The notes: generated by a model not told the origin, from the letters alone. Numbered from the stretch's first letter, positions 21,006-31,690 are shown. The stretch is DNA of 64,000 nt from Desulfosudaceae bacterium (GCA_963674745.2 CAXXDV010000003.1:2272001-2336000), one strand, 5' to 3'. Program-made: numbers and translations.

Positions 21006-21759
21006 CCATCACCCTCCTGATAAGTTCTCGATATCCCTCTGCGCCCGTTGATCCCGGACGGTGCTCAAAAATGGTCTTACCGGCAGTGGCGGCCTCTGAA
21101 AGGCTGGTGTTGTAACCCACAGGCTCGCACATCTGTCGGGAAAAATACTTATCCAGAAGCGCCAGGATCGAAAAACTGTGCCTGGTGCGCCGGTCAAACA
21201 TGGTCGGTACCACGTATTTTAACCGCAGATCGGGGTTGAGTTTCTGGGCTGACAGCAGGTAGGTAAAGAACGTCTTCAACCCGGCCAGGGCCGGCCCCTG
21301 CAAAGCCACCGGGCAGATGACCTCGTTCGCCGCCATGAGGATGTTGACACTTAACACATCCCATCCCGGTGAGCAGTCAAAAATCAGGTAATCGACCGAA
21401 CCGCCCCGAGGAATCAGTGCTTCGGCCAGAACGCTGTGCCGCCGATCGGCCGGTTGTTCACCCAGACGGTTTTTCAGTTCGACCAGCAGCATGCCGCCTG
21501 AGATGAGCCATAAATTATCACGCGCCGGATACAGGGCCTGCGACTTGCTGATAGCGGTCCCGTTTTTTTCCTCTCCGGTGACAAATTCATATAAGCCGTA
21601 ATCCGGTTTCACACCCAGAAATTCAGAAGCCTGGGCCTGGGTATCGCAATCCACCAGAACCACGCTGGCACCGTTTAAGGCCAGTCCATGGGCCAGGTTA
21701 ACAGCCGTGGTTGTTTTGCCGACGCCTCCCTTGGCCATGGCCACCGCAATCTTTCGCAT
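20974..21759 (-). CDS. ParA/Soj family ATPase
   Basis: Deviant Walker A KGGVGKTT, VDCDTQA, IFDCSP. Confidence 0.92.
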   Translation of the reverse strand: MRKIAVAMAKGGVGKTTTAVNLAHGLALNGASVVLVDCDTQAQASEFLGVKPDYGLYEFVTGEEKNGTAISKSQALYPARDNLWLISGGMLLVELKNRLGEQPADRRHSVLAEALIPRGGSVDYLIFDCSPGWDVLSVNILMAANEVICPVALQGPALAGLKTFFTYLLSAQKLNPDLRLKYVVPTMFDRRTRHSFSILALLDKYFSRQMCEPVGYNTSLSEAATAGKTIFEHRPGSTGAEGYRELIRRVMDDGTQKEKDA

Positions 21760-21782
21760 GTCCCCCCTCTTCTATTCTAGTA

Positions 21783-21798
21783 TTCTTCTACAGAAGAA
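21783..21798. promoter_or_regulatory. Palindromic putative operator upstream of parA
   Basis: TTCTTCT-AC-AGAAGAA; identical copy at 20892-20907 inside the partner gene. Confidence 0.45.
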
Positions 21799-21931
21799 AT
21801 ACCGGTTTTTGATTCTAAAGTCAATATACGGTATATTATTTTTTAAATTGTCTGTTCGTTGCAGCAAACCAATGACATATTTTTAAGTCGACCCTTTGGT
21901 TTTAGAAGGGGTCGAGGATTCAAGGGGTCAA

Positions 21932-22759
21932 GTGAACGACCATAATATAGAAATTTCCACCACCTTCAAAAAACATTATCCCTTTCGACTGGCCTGCCCT
22001 TCGTTTATTTACCCGGCCGGATATGCGGACAACGTCAGGCGCCTTGGTGCCTGCGTTGATGAAATTGAGCTGCTGCTTCTGGAAAGTGCGCCCGAATGCC
22101 TGCCCTTAAAAAATGAAATCCATGAACTGGCGGCCTTGAAGAACGATTCCGAGATTACGTTCAACATTCATTTACCGACAGACATTCACTTCGAAGACGG
22201 AAAGCCGGCATCCGGGAATACGGCTGTTGATGCCCTTCTGCAGGCCATTGATCTTGCCCGGCCTCTGGAACCCGTGTCCTGGACACTCCATGTTCCGTTC
22301 AACGGTGAGCCCGATAATGAAGACGGCATCATTGCCTGGCAGGAACGCGTCCGGCATAACCTGAAACGACTGCTGTCCGTAAGCGGCCTTCCGGCCAGGA
22401 TTGTCGCGATTGAAAATCTTGATTATCCACTGGAATACCTGGACGCCGTCATCCGGGAACTGGATTTTTCAATTTGCCTGGATACCGGGCATCTTATGGT
22501 TCAGGGAAAAGATTGCGTGGATTTCTACAGGACCTGGCAGGAACGGATCATCATTATCCACACCCACGGTGTGCAGAGCGGACGGGACCATCTGCCCCTG
22601 GACCGTCTTTCAAGAGTTCAGACCGAGCAGATCACCCACATCCTCCAGGCGTTTGAACAGAGCCTGTCATTGGAAGTCTTTTCGCTTCCAGCGCTGACCG
22701 CCTCTCTGGATTATCTTGACAGGATATGTCGAAATTTACCACAATCCCAACATGAATGA
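21932..22759 (+). CDS. AP endonuclease 2 / xylose-isomerase-like TIM barrel, CbiR-like
   Basis: NIHLP, AIEN, CLDTGH, H.HG....DH, LEVF metal ligands; start uncertain (GTG 21932). Confidence 0.7.
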   Translation: MNDHNIEISTTFKKHYPFRLACPSFIYPAGYADNVRRLGACVDEIELLLLESAPECLPLKNEIHELAALKNDSEITFNIHLPTDIHFEDGKPASGNTAVDALLQAIDLARPLEPVSWTLHVPFNGEPDNEDGIIAWQERVRHNLKRLLSVSGLPARIVAIENLDYPLEYLDAVIRELDFSICLDTGHLMVQGKDCVDFYRTWQERIIIIHTHGVQSGRDHLPLDRLSRVQTEQITHILQAFEQSLSLEVFSLPALTASLDYLDRICRNLPQSQHE

Positions 22760-24146
22760 ACCGTTTATAGAAAAGACGTCCAAACGGCGTATTCTACTCG
22801 TCCTTCTGGTTGTCATCAGCATGATGGCCCTGGAGACCGGCCAGTATTTCATATTTTATGATTATTCTCTGGAAAAAATCCAAAAACGCGGCAAACTGGT
22901 CGTTCTGACGGAAAACAACGCCAACTCCTATTACCTGTATCGTGAAGCCCCCATGGGGTTTGAATATGAACTAGCCAAGGCCTTTGCCGATTACCTCGGT
23001 GTGAAACTTGAAATCAGGACCCCGGGCTGGACGCAACTTTTCAAATCACTGCTGGAGGGAAAAGGCGACCTGATCGCAGCCGGCATCAGCATCAACCCGG
23101 AACGGAAGGGATTGTGTTCATTTTCAGAGTCTTATATGACTGTTCAACAGCAGGTCATTTTAAACAAACGCAATAACGTCATCAATAACCTCGAAGATCT
23201 GACCGGTCACATCATCCATGTCAGGCAGGGCACCGCTTATGAAAAACAATTAAAAGTCCTTCAGCACCAGGGGCTTAAGCTGACCTTATTATCTCACACG
23301 GACATCACCACCGAAGAGTTAATCCAGCTGGTGGCCGCCCGGCAGATACCGGTCACCATTGCCAACTCCAACATTGCCCTGCTGAATCGTCGATATTATC
23401 CGGACATCAAAATTGCCTTTCCCATTGGTGAGAAGCAGCACCTGGCCTGGGCCGTGCGTCAAAAAGACAAAAACCTGCTGAACGAAATCAACACCTTTTT
23501 AGATATCATGAAAAAAAACGGTTCACTGAAGAAAATTTTCAACCGTTACTATGCCACCGTCAACGATTTTGACTATGTGGATTTGAAGAAATTTCACCGC
23601 CGTTTGCAAACCCGGCTTCCTGAGTTCAGGGAAGTCATTGAACAACAGGCTGAAAGGTATGGTTTTGACTGGCGATTGATCGCGGCCGTGATTTATCAGG
23701 AATCCCATTTTAATCCATTTGCCACCAGCCATACCGGCGTCAAGGGCATTATGCAGCTAACGGAGATGACGGCGGATGAGCTTGGTGTCAAAGACCGGTT
23801 CGATCCAGTGGAGAGCATTAAGGGTGGTGTGCAATACCTGGCCAAAATGCGTGCCCGGTTCAGCCATATTAAAGACCGCCATACCCGCCTGCAGTTTACC
23901 CTGGCCAGTTACAACATCGGCTACGGCCATGTCCGTGACGCCCAGAAGCTGGCGCGAAAGATGGGGCTGGATGACGCTTCCTGGCAGGATTTAAAAACCG
24001 TCCTGCCGCTGCTGCGAAACAAGACATATTACGCCACAACCGACTACGGTTACGCCCGGGGCAACGAAGCGGTCCGTTATGTCCAACGGGTTCTGCTTTA
24101 TTATGATATTTTAAAAAACAGGGCGCTGGAGCTGAAAAGAATCTAG
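22752..24146 (+). CDS. mltF: Membrane-bound lytic murein transglycosylase MltF
   Basis: SBP_bac_3 domain plus SLT domain (YQESHF, GIMQL, ASYNIG). Confidence 0.88.
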   Translation: MNEPFIEKTSKRRILLVLLVVISMMALETGQYFIFYDYSLEKIQKRGKLVVLTENNANSYYLYREAPMGFEYELAKAFADYLGVKLEIRTPGWTQLFKSLLEGKGDLIAAGISINPERKGLCSFSESYMTVQQQVILNKRNNVINNLEDLTGHIIHVRQGTAYEKQLKVLQHQGLKLTLLSHTDITTEELIQLVAARQIPVTIANSNIALLNRRYYPDIKIAFPIGEKQHLAWAVRQKDKNLLNEINTFLDIMKKNGSLKKIFNRYYATVNDFDYVDLKKFHRRLQTRLPEFREVIEQQAERYGFDWRLIAAVIYQESHFNPFATSHTGVKGIMQLTEMTADELGVKDRFDPVESIKGGVQYLAKMRARFSHIKDRHTRLQFTLASYNIGYGHVRDAQKLARKMGLDDASWQDLKTVLPLLRNKTYYATTDYGYARGNEAVRYVQRVLLYYDILKNRALELKRI

Positions 24147-24417
24147 CCCGATATTTCACGAGTTGTTTTGGACGGTTCAGCAAGGCGCAGGTCGCGAAGC
24201 TGTAGTAAATCTACCGCGAGCGGCCTGCAACACAGCTGAAGCGTTCAAGGTGACTCGCCCGAAGGGTGAATTTTTTCGACATAAAAATGCTGCTTAATTC
24301 CTTAAACCGCTTACGACAGTTTGTCTTTATGAAAAACGCGTAAACATTATTTTAACTAATTGTATTTGGTAGACATCTTTTCCTGTGTCGAAAAAATTCA
24401 TGAAATATTCGGGCTAG
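24143..24417. mobile_element. MITE-like element with terminal inverted repeats bounded by CTAG
   Basis: Left CTAGCCCG-ATATTTCACGA vs reverse complement of right end CTAGCCCGAATATTTCATGA; internal IR GAATTTTTTCGACA/TGTCGAAAAAATTC; no ORF. Confidence 0.7.
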
Positions 24418-24767
24418 CCCGGGGGCCAGCCGAAAGGCCGCCCCGCCAGGACATGCAGGTGAACGTGAAACACGGTCTGCCCCACGGCTTCACCGTTATT
24501 GATCACCATCCGGTAGTCGCTGATATTCTTCTGGCGGCACACCTTTGCGGCCACATGGAACAGGCGGCCGATCAACTCGCTCTGCCCCGCCTCCATTTCC
24601 GCGATCATGGGGATATGCGCCCTGGGAACAACCAGAAAATGGGTCGGGGCCTGGGGGTTAATGTCGTTAAACGCCACCACGGTATCATCTTCATAAACCA
24701 TATCACCCGGGATCTCGCCACTGGCGATTTTACAGAAAAGGCAGTCTGTCATCTCGTCCTCCTTCAT
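24414..24767 (-). CDS. HIT family nucleotide-binding protein
   Basis: CLFCKI, GQTVFHVHLH histidine triad. Confidence 0.93.
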   Translation of the reverse strand: MKEDEMTDCLFCKIASGEIPGDMVYEDDTVVAFNDINPQAPTHFLVVPRAHIPMIAEMEAGQSELIGRLFHVAAKVCRQKNISDYRMVINNGEAVGQTVFHVHLHVLAGRPFGWPPG

Positions 24768-24960
24768 GGTAGGGGCATCATTGATTATGGTGTATACAAA
24801 AAAAAGCCCCGGCCGAAGCAGGAAGAAGCATTGGTTTTTGTTGCGTCAGCAGAGGCCAAACCGGAGAAAACCGTCAAGCCCTCCCCGCGTTTATCTCTGG
24901 TTTTATATCAATAAACGCGTTTAAGGTCAACTTTGATCAAATAAGGGACTGATCTTTTTT

Positions 24961-24989
24961 CTGGATGCCGGATCGGAGTCCGGCATGAC
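24961..24989. repeat. Palindromic repeat of the CTGGATGCCGGA..TCCGGCATGAC type
   Basis: ATGCCGGA-tcggag-TCCGGCAT hairpin in an intergenic region. Confidence 0.5.
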
Positions 24990-25154
24990 GAGGCGAACCC
25001 CATAATCACTTAATCACATAATCACTTAACCACGACCACACACAAAAAAGAGTATTGCAGTTTTTGTTCGTCGACGTTAATATACTCAAAAATAAGGCTA
25101 ATTTTACTCCAAACAAATCCGGCCGGAAGGCCGGGGAAAAAGCATCAGGGAACC

Positions 25155-25838
25155 ATGGAAGAACGGCCGCCCATTATCAGAATATTTCACGTTTACAAAC
25201 GGTTCGGCTCTCACACGGTACTGACTGACATTTCCGTGGATATCGCTGCCAACGATTTCCTGTTTGTTACCGGCCCCAGTGGCGCGGGAAAGACGACGCT
25301 GCTGAAACTGATGTACCTGGGCGAATCCATTTCAGAAGGTCAGATCCTGGTTGACGGCATGAACCTGACCCGCATGAAACGGGACCGGATTGCCTTTCTA
25401 AGACGAAAATTCGGTATTATATTCCAGGATTACAACCTGATCCCGACCAAAAACGTTTTTGATAATATCGCCCTGGTGCTTGAGGTCATGGGGCAGAGCA
25501 AAAGAAGTCAGATTGTCAAAAAAGTAAACAGTGTTCTCCGGGCAGTGGGTATGGAAAAACAGGCGGACGCGTTCCCGCCCAGCCTGTCCGGAGGTGAACA
25601 GCAGAAAGTCACGATCGCCCGGGCAATTGCCGGCGACCCGAAAATCATCCTGGCTGATGAGCCTACCGGAAGCCTGGATGAAGATTCGGCCGAAGATATC
25701 ATCAACCTGTTAAAACTGCTTCACTCACGCGGCGTGACCGTAATCATCGCCACCCATGACAAGGAGTTGATATCCAGCATTAAAAACGCCAGAGAACTCC
25801 GCTTAAGCCATGGGCATGTACTGGAGTTACCCCATTAA
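25155..25838 (+). CDS. ftsE: Cell division ATP-binding protein FtsE
   Basis: [21 protein letters not shown]; precedes ftsX. Confidence 0.92.
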   Translation: MEERPPIIRIFHVYKRFGSHTVLTDISVDIAANDFLFVTGPSGAGKTTLLKLMYLGESISEGQILVDGMNLTRMKRDRIAFLRRKFGIIFQDYNLIPTKNVFDNIALVLEVMGQSKRSQIVKKVNSVLRAVGMEKQADAFPPSLSGGEQQKVTIARAIAGDPKIILADEPTGSLDEDSAEDIINLLKLLHSRGVTVIIATHDKELISSIKNARELRLSHGHVLELPH

Positions 25839-25839
25839 C

Positions 25840-26724
25840 ATGATGAACCGTCTTTTTTTAAAACGTGCCGTTGATGACTTAAAGGACAATGTTCTGCTGA
25901 ACATGATCACCTTTATCACCATTGCCATGTCCGTACTGATCATCAGCACATTCGCGCTTTTCATGATCAATGCCGGCAATGTCATCCACTCCTGGGAAAA
26001 AGGCGTTCGCATCATCGTTTATATTAAGAATAACGTGCAGCTGGTGGAAATAGACAACCTGAAAAACGACATTCAACAGATGGAAGGCGTGGCCGATATC
26101 AAATTCGTTTCCAAACAGGACGGCCTTGAACGCCTGAAAAAACAGATGCAGGGCCAGTTGTCGCTGCTGGAAAACCTGGCCGACAACCCCCTGCCGGACA
26201 CCCTTGAAGTGTGGGTCGCGCCGAAATACAAAACCTGGAAACAAATAGAAATGATGGCCATCCATATCGAATCCAGCCATCTGGTGGAGGATGTTGAATA
26301 CGGCCAGAACTGGATGAAACGGTTTACGGGTTTTCTTAATCTGTTCAAGGTCACAGGCGGCCTGATGGGCGCGGTATTTTTTCTGGCGGTTATTTTTATT
26401 ATCGCCAATACCATTCGCCTGCTTTTTTATTCCAAGAGCGATGAAATCAAAATTATGCGACTGGTCGGTGCAACCGACAGTTTTACCACGGCGCCGTTCT
26501 ACATCGAAGGCCTGATAATGGGGGGTGTCGGCGGCATCGCCGGCATCCTGATCCTCTATCTGGCCTACGTGCTGCTTATTACCAATATCGACCTGAATTT
26601 TGTTTCTTTTTATTTTACGATAAAATTTCTTCCTTTTATTATATCGCTGGCAATTATTCTGTTCAGCATGCTGACCGGGTGGATAGGATGTTATATCTCC
26701 TTGAAACAACTTTTAAAAAATTAA
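25840..26724 (+). CDS. ftsX: Cell division permease FtsX
   Basis: NPLP, NTIRL, EIKIMRLVGAT, four TM helices; start approximate. Confidence 0.9.
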   Translation: MMNRLFLKRAVDDLKDNVLLNMITFITIAMSVLIISTFALFMINAGNVIHSWEKGVRIIVYIKNNVQLVEIDNLKNDIQQMEGVADIKFVSKQDGLERLKKQMQGQLSLLENLADNPLPDTLEVWVAPKYKTWKQIEMMAIHIESSHLVEDVEYGQNWMKRFTGFLNLFKVTGGLMGAVFFLAVIFIIANTIRLLFYSKSDEIKIMRLVGATDSFTTAPFYIEGLIMGGVGGIAGILILYLAYVLLITNIDLNFVSFYFTIKFLPFIISLAIILFSMLTGWIGCYISLKQLLKN

Positions 26725-28076
26725 TTATTCCGCTGCTGCTCGTGTCATGGGTAATGGCGTCCATTACCCCGGACGGCAGGTGCCAGACGACCCAAATGGC
26801 CACCATTAAGGCTTCGGCTTTGAATGTGCGTTGCGCTCCCAGTCCAAAGGCAAGCCGGGTCGGTGTGTTGAAAAAAGGCACATTGATCACCATCCACGAG
26901 AATACCGGCGAGTGGCTGAAAGTCGCTTACAAGGATATCAACGGATATATTGTCAATGACGCGCGTTATCTTCATCTGGAAGAAACGGACGAACAAATCC
27001 TGCAACTCAAAGAACAGGCCGAGCAGATAGAAGAAAAAATCAAACGTCACAAGTCCGATCTGAAAGCCTTTGTTCACAAGGAAACCCAAATTTTAGAGCG
27101 GTTGAATGAAATTGAGCTGTCCCGAAACGACCTCGCCCGTCAGGCTACCACCCTGCGGGAAAAAATCGACCGCATCCGTGTCACCATTGACGAGAACCAG
27201 CAGGCGGCAAAAATTCTTGAACAACGCATCAAAGACACCGGTGCTTATGCCAACAAGCGGCTGATCGCGCTCTACAAACTTAACCTTCTGGGAAAACTGA
27301 ATGTTTTCGGCTCAGCGGATTCGGTTTACGAGGTTTTAAGAGCTAAAAAAGATATGGCCATCATCTTACAGCATGACGCGGAGGCCCTGGCCAGTCACCT
27401 GCAGAATAAAGAACGACTGAAATCCATCATGGACCGACTGGCTGTCGAAGAAAAGGAGAAAGCATCACTTGAAAAAGAAATGCAGTGCCGCATTGAAAGC
27501 ATGAGCGTGGAAGCGAATAAGCGGCAAACCATTTTAGAAGATGTCCGCGAAAAGGAATCCGCCAGGAAAGCGGTTCTGGCGTCACTTGAAAAGGCAGCCC
27601 AGGCACTGGACCAGACCATTGTCGATCTGTTTGAAAAAGCCCAGACCCGCAAACGGTTAAAAGGGTCTTTTTCCTCGCTTAAAGGGTTGCTCCCCCTGCC
27701 TGTCAGCGGTAAAATAATTACGGCATTCGGTAAATACAAGGACGAAGATCTGAAAATCGTTAATTTTAGGAGCGGTATCGATATTCAGGCGGAACGCGGA
27801 GAACCGGTACGGGCGGTTTTCCGTGGCGAGGTGCTGTTCGCCCAGTGGTTCAAAGGGTACGGCAACATGATGATTATCGATCACGGTGAAAAATATTATA
27901 CGGTTTACGCTCATGCCCAGGAACTTTTTAAAAAAGCGGGCGATTTTGTCGAAACCAATGAAGTCGTTGCGACTGTCGGCAATACCGCTTCCCTTTCAAA
28001 CGGGACGGCGCTTTACTTTGAACTCCGGCATCAGGGTAAACCGGTGGATCCACTGACCTGGCTTAATACCGGTTGA
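26679..28076 (+). CDS. envC: EnvC-like murein hydrolase activator (SH3, coiled coil, M23)
   Basis: SH3b LNVR, long coiled coil, degenerate M23 (GIDI, YTVYAH, LYFELR); start uncertain. Confidence 0.78.
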   Translation: MDRMLYLLETTFKKLIIPLLLVSWVMASITPDGRCQTTQMATIKASALNVRCAPSPKASRVGVLKKGTLITIHENTGEWLKVAYKDINGYIVNDARYLHLEETDEQILQLKEQAEQIEEKIKRHKSDLKAFVHKETQILERLNEIELSRNDLARQATTLREKIDRIRVTIDENQQAAKILEQRIKDTGAYANKRLIALYKLNLLGKLNVFGSADSVYEVLRAKKDMAIILQHDAEALASHLQNKERLKSIMDRLAVEEKEKASLEKEMQCRIESMSVEANKRQTILEDVREKESARKAVLASLEKAAQALDQTIVDLFEKAQTRKRLKGSFSSLKGLLPLPVSGKIITAFGKYKDEDLKIVNFRSGIDIQAERGEPVRAVFRGEVLFAQWFKGYGNMMIIDHGEKYYTVYAHAQELFKKAGDFVETNEVVATVGNTASLSNGTALYFELRHQGKPVDPLTWLNTG

Positions 28077-28136
28077 ATAAGTCCCTGTAGCATCGTATTT
28101 GGTTAACTGAAACCACCCTACTATAAAGGATTTACC

Positions 28137-29480
28137 ATGAACAAAAGCCTTACCAAAACCCTGAAACTGAGTACCGTTATCCTTGCGACCTCACTGGTCC
28201 TGATTATCATTGCCGGACGTTTCGGCAACATATCCGCAAGCGATTCGGACGTATACAAAGAGTTGAGAATATTCACCGCCGTCATCCAGGAAATGGAAGA
28301 TGAATATGTGGATCCGGTCGACACCAAAGAAATGATTAAAGCAGCCATCCAGGGGATGGTCAGCAGCCTTGATCCCCATTCCGAATATCTCCCGCCTGAT
28401 GCCTTTGAAGACATCCAGACAGACACCAAAGGCGAATTTGAAGGTATCGGTATTGTGATTACCAAATCCAAAGGGTTATTGACGGTTATTTCGCCCATTG
28501 AAGGCACGCCCGCATTCCGCGCCGGTGTAAAGGCCGGAGATATCATTGAAAAAATTGACGGGGAACCCACCGAAAAAATGGATCTCTGGGAAGCGGTCAA
28601 GCACATGCGGGGCGAAAAAGGCACAACAGTGATCATTTCTGTTTTGAGAAAAGGCGAAACCGGGCCACTGGAGTTTGAATTAACCCGCGATGTCATCCCT
28701 ATTAACAGCGTAAAATCAACAACTCTCAAACCGGGTTTCGGTTATGTCCGGGTCACCAATTTTCAGGCCAACACCACCGACGACTTACAAAAGGCGCTTG
28801 ACCAGCTGAGTGCTGAGAGTGATGGAGACCTGAAAGGGTTGATTCTTGACCTTAGAAACAATCCCGGCGGCCTGCTGGATCAGGCCGTTTCAATATCGGA
28901 CATCTTCCTGGATGAGGGTGTCATCCTGTCCGTAAAACACAGGAACGATGAAGAAGTCTACAAGGCGAAAAAAAATCATACGCCCCGGGACTACCCCATT
29001 GTCACCCTTATTAATGGCGGCAGTGCCAGTGCTTCGGAAATTGTTGCCGGCGCACTTCAGGACCATAAACGCGCCCTGCTGCTGGGGACGACCTCCTTCG
29101 GCAAGGGCTCCGTCCAGACGATTAAACCCCTGGGTGACGGTTCCGGCATCAAGTTTACCGTTGCCAGGTACTATACGCCCAGCGGCCGGTCTATTCAAGC
29201 CAAGGGCATCGTGCCGGACATTGAAGTTCCTTTCAAAATCATCAAACCCGAGGAAAACCATCCCAGAAAATTTCTGGCGGAAAAGGACCTGCAAAATCAT
29301 CTCGAAGCGGAACCGCAGAAAACAGAAGACTCAACAGAGCCGGTTGACAGCGACGCCGGGGCTGAAACGCCTGAAACCCGTTATGGCGAAGTAAGTCCCG
29401 AGAAACTGTTAACCGACACCCAGATCATACGGGCTCTTGACGCACTGATCTCTTATGGCATCTTTTCCAGCATAAAATAA
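28137..29480 (+). CDS. ctpA: S41 carboxyl-terminal processing protease
   Basis: PDZ, DLRNNPGG, SASASE, FGKGSVQ. Confidence 0.9.
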   Translation: MNKSLTKTLKLSTVILATSLVLIIIAGRFGNISASDSDVYKELRIFTAVIQEMEDEYVDPVDTKEMIKAAIQGMVSSLDPHSEYLPPDAFEDIQTDTKGEFEGIGIVITKSKGLLTVISPIEGTPAFRAGVKAGDIIEKIDGEPTEKMDLWEAVKHMRGEKGTTVIISVLRKGETGPLEFELTRDVIPINSVKSTTLKPGFGYVRVTNFQANTTDDLQKALDQLSAESDGDLKGLILDLRNNPGGLLDQAVSISDIFLDEGVILSVKHRNDEEVYKAKKNHTPRDYPIVTLINGGSASASEIVAGALQDHKRALLLGTTSFGKGSVQTIKPLGDGSGIKFTVARYYTPSGRSIQAKGIVPDIEVPFKIIKPEENHPRKFLAEKDLQNHLEAEPQKTEDSTEPVDSDAGAETPETRYGEVSPEKLLTDTQIIRALDALISYGIFSSIK

Positions 29481-29506
29481 CAACGGGTAAAAAAGCCGAA
29501 GATCAA

Positions 29507-30475
29507 ATGGCGAAAAAAAGAAAACCCGTTGCAGGAAAACAGGTGCAGCAGGAGAAAAATCTTCTGCTGCACCTGGTCAAGGCAACAGCCGCAACGATCA
29601 TCCTGTTTTTTTTTGTTGTCGTGGCAGGGCTGGTTACGCTTACCCTGTTTCCGGTTTCTGATCCCGATGTAAAGACGACTGCCGTAAAAAAGCCGGCAAC
29701 AGCCTCACAAGGCATTATCTTTGAAGTCTATCCCAAGGAGAAAAAAATACCGCCACCGAACAACGGCAGCGACACTACCGGGCTTTCTGAAATAAAAACC
29801 GGCCCCAAACCGCTGATCGCCATTATTATCGATGATATGGGATATGATAAAAAAATCGCCGCTCGTCTCATCGCACTTGATTCGTCCCTGACGTTGTCTG
29901 TTCTGCCGCACAGCCCGTTTACCCGGGAAATTGCCGTCGCAGCCCACGAGGCCGGTCTCGAAGTCATGCTGCACCTACCCATGGAACCCGTGGAATATCC
30001 TGGGATAGACCCCGGTCCGGGTGTACTGCTTACGGATATGGCGCCGGACGCCCTTCTCCGGCAACTGGAAGAGGACATCGCTGAGGTGCCGCATATCAAG
30101 GGCGTAAACAATCACATGGGATCGAAATTAACCACCCAATCCGTCCAGCTGTACCAGATATTTTCCGTTCTCAAAAAACACGGCCTGTTTTTTATCGACA
30201 GCTGTACCACCAGAGAATCCCTGTGCCGGCCATCTGCCGGGAAGTTGCAGGTCCCCTTTGCCAAACGGGACGTTTTTCTGGACAATTCTTTGTCCCAAAC
30301 GGACATAAAAGGTCAAATGGGATTATTGCTGGATATTGCTTATCGAAAAGGCCGGGCCATCGGCATCGCCCATCCGCACCCGGAAACCTGCAGCGCCCTT
30401 GAGCAATACCTGCCGCTGTTAAAAGAACGAGCCCGGCTGGTACCGGCCTCGATGCTGGTCGAGTCTGCCAATTAA
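29507..30475 (+). CDS. Divergent polysaccharide deacetylase family protein
   Basis: IIIDDMG, HLPMEP, NNHMGS, RDVFLD. Confidence 0.9.
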   Translation: MAKKRKPVAGKQVQQEKNLLLHLVKATAATIILFFFVVVAGLVTLTLFPVSDPDVKTTAVKKPATASQGIIFEVYPKEKKIPPPNNGSDTTGLSEIKTGPKPLIAIIIDDMGYDKKIAARLIALDSSLTLSVLPHSPFTREIAVAAHEAGLEVMLHLPMEPVEYPGIDPGPGVLLTDMAPDALLRQLEEDIAEVPHIKGVNNHMGSKLTTQSVQLYQIFSVLKKHGLFFIDSCTTRESLCRPSAGKLQVPFAKRDVFLDNSLSQTDIKGQMGLLLDIAYRKGRAIGIAHPHPETCSALEQYLPLLKERARLVPASMLVESAN

Positions 30476-30544
30476 AGGGTTCAAGGGGTCCAGGGGTCGA
30501 GGATTCAAGGGTTTGTTATTGATAAGCAGAAAATGAACGTCTTT

Positions 30545-31438
30545 TTACTTTGACACGATACAAACCCATTCTTCTTCTGTCATTTCGTCAACAATCCGGA
30601 ATCCGAACTGTTGAAGTTGATCTTCCACCAGACCGCGCTTTGAGCGGATAATTCCCGAACAGACGAACATACCGCCCGGCGCCAGCACCTGTTTGACCGC
30701 GGGTATCAGTTTCACCACCACTTCGGCCAGGATATTGGCACAGACCATATCAAACGGCCCGCCCACACCGTCAACCAGGTCGGTGACTGACACACCGGAC
30801 CGATCCGAAGGCACCCGGTTCAGAGCCAGGTTGGCCCGTGCAATTTCAACCGCTACCGGATCATTATCGACGCCACAAACGCGGGTCGCACCCATCAGAA
30901 AAGCGCCAACCATCAAAATACCCGATCCGGTACCGACATCAAGAAACGACATACCCTTTTTAAAATACCGCTCCAGCGAGATCAGGCACATCCGGGTGGT
31001 GGCGTGGGTACCTGTACCAAACGCCATGCCGGGATCGATTTCGATAACGATATCGCCCGAAGCGGGTTCGCAGTTCCGCCAGGTCGGCTTGACAACAATA
31101 TGCCGACCGATTTTCTGGGGGTAAAAGTGGTCTTTCCAGGAATCCGCCCAATCCTCTTCATCTATTTCTTCATAAGCAAGAGCGCACCGTGATATAGCAT
31201 CTACGGCCAATGCCCGGACAGACGAGGCCAGAAGCGAACGGTTTTCCGAAAGCGATTCGTTGGAGGGGAAATATCCGGTCACAGAGACACGCACCTGCCC
31301 GGCAGATTTTTCAGGCGTCTCGTTGATCACAACCCCTTTCAACCCAAGGCCGTAAAACAAATCTGCCAGAATTTCCGTAACGCTATCGATTGACTGAAGG
31401 ACTGTTTCTGCACTGACGGTTGCGGCTATCCACTTCAT
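30545..31438 (-). CDS. prmA: Ribosomal protein L11 methyltransferase
   Basis: DPGMAFGTGTHATT, LDVGTGSGIL, ANILA. Confidence 0.95.
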   Translation of the reverse strand: MKWIAATVSAETVLQSIDSVTEILADLFYGLGLKGVVINETPEKSAGQVRVSVTGYFPSNESLSENRSLLASSVRALAVDAISRCALAYEEIDEEDWADSWKDHFYPQKIGRHIVVKPTWRNCEPASGDIVIEIDPGMAFGTGTHATTRMCLISLERYFKKGMSFLDVGTGSGILMVGAFLMGATRVCGVDNDPVAVEIARANLALNRVPSDRSGVSVTDLVDGVGGPFDMVCANILAEVVVKLIPAVKQVLAPGGMFVCSGIIRSKRGLVEDQLQQFGFRIVDEMTEEEWVCIVSK

Positions 31439-31451
31439 CAGAATCCACCTA

Positions 31452-31505
31452 TTTGATGGCTTTGTAAAAAGCCGTCTGAATTTTGACTTTTTACGGGCGC
31501 ATCAC
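31452..31505. repeat. TTGATG..GTAAAAAG / CTTTTTAC..CATCA inverted-repeat element
   Basis: Related hairpins at ~20636-20683 and ~31572-31652. Confidence 0.55.
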
Positions 31506-31690
31506 CTTTTTGTTTCTTTTTCTTTTTGATATATTAAGATGATTGTGTTTACAATATCTATTCAATTAAACAAGACGGCCTTGTAAAAAGCAGCCGGACC
31601 GACCGCCTTACGCCTGGCCCTCGGCCGCAATTGTTTTTTGCGTAGCCGTCAAGCATCGTTATTAAAAATATCAGGGAAAGGAAGCACATT

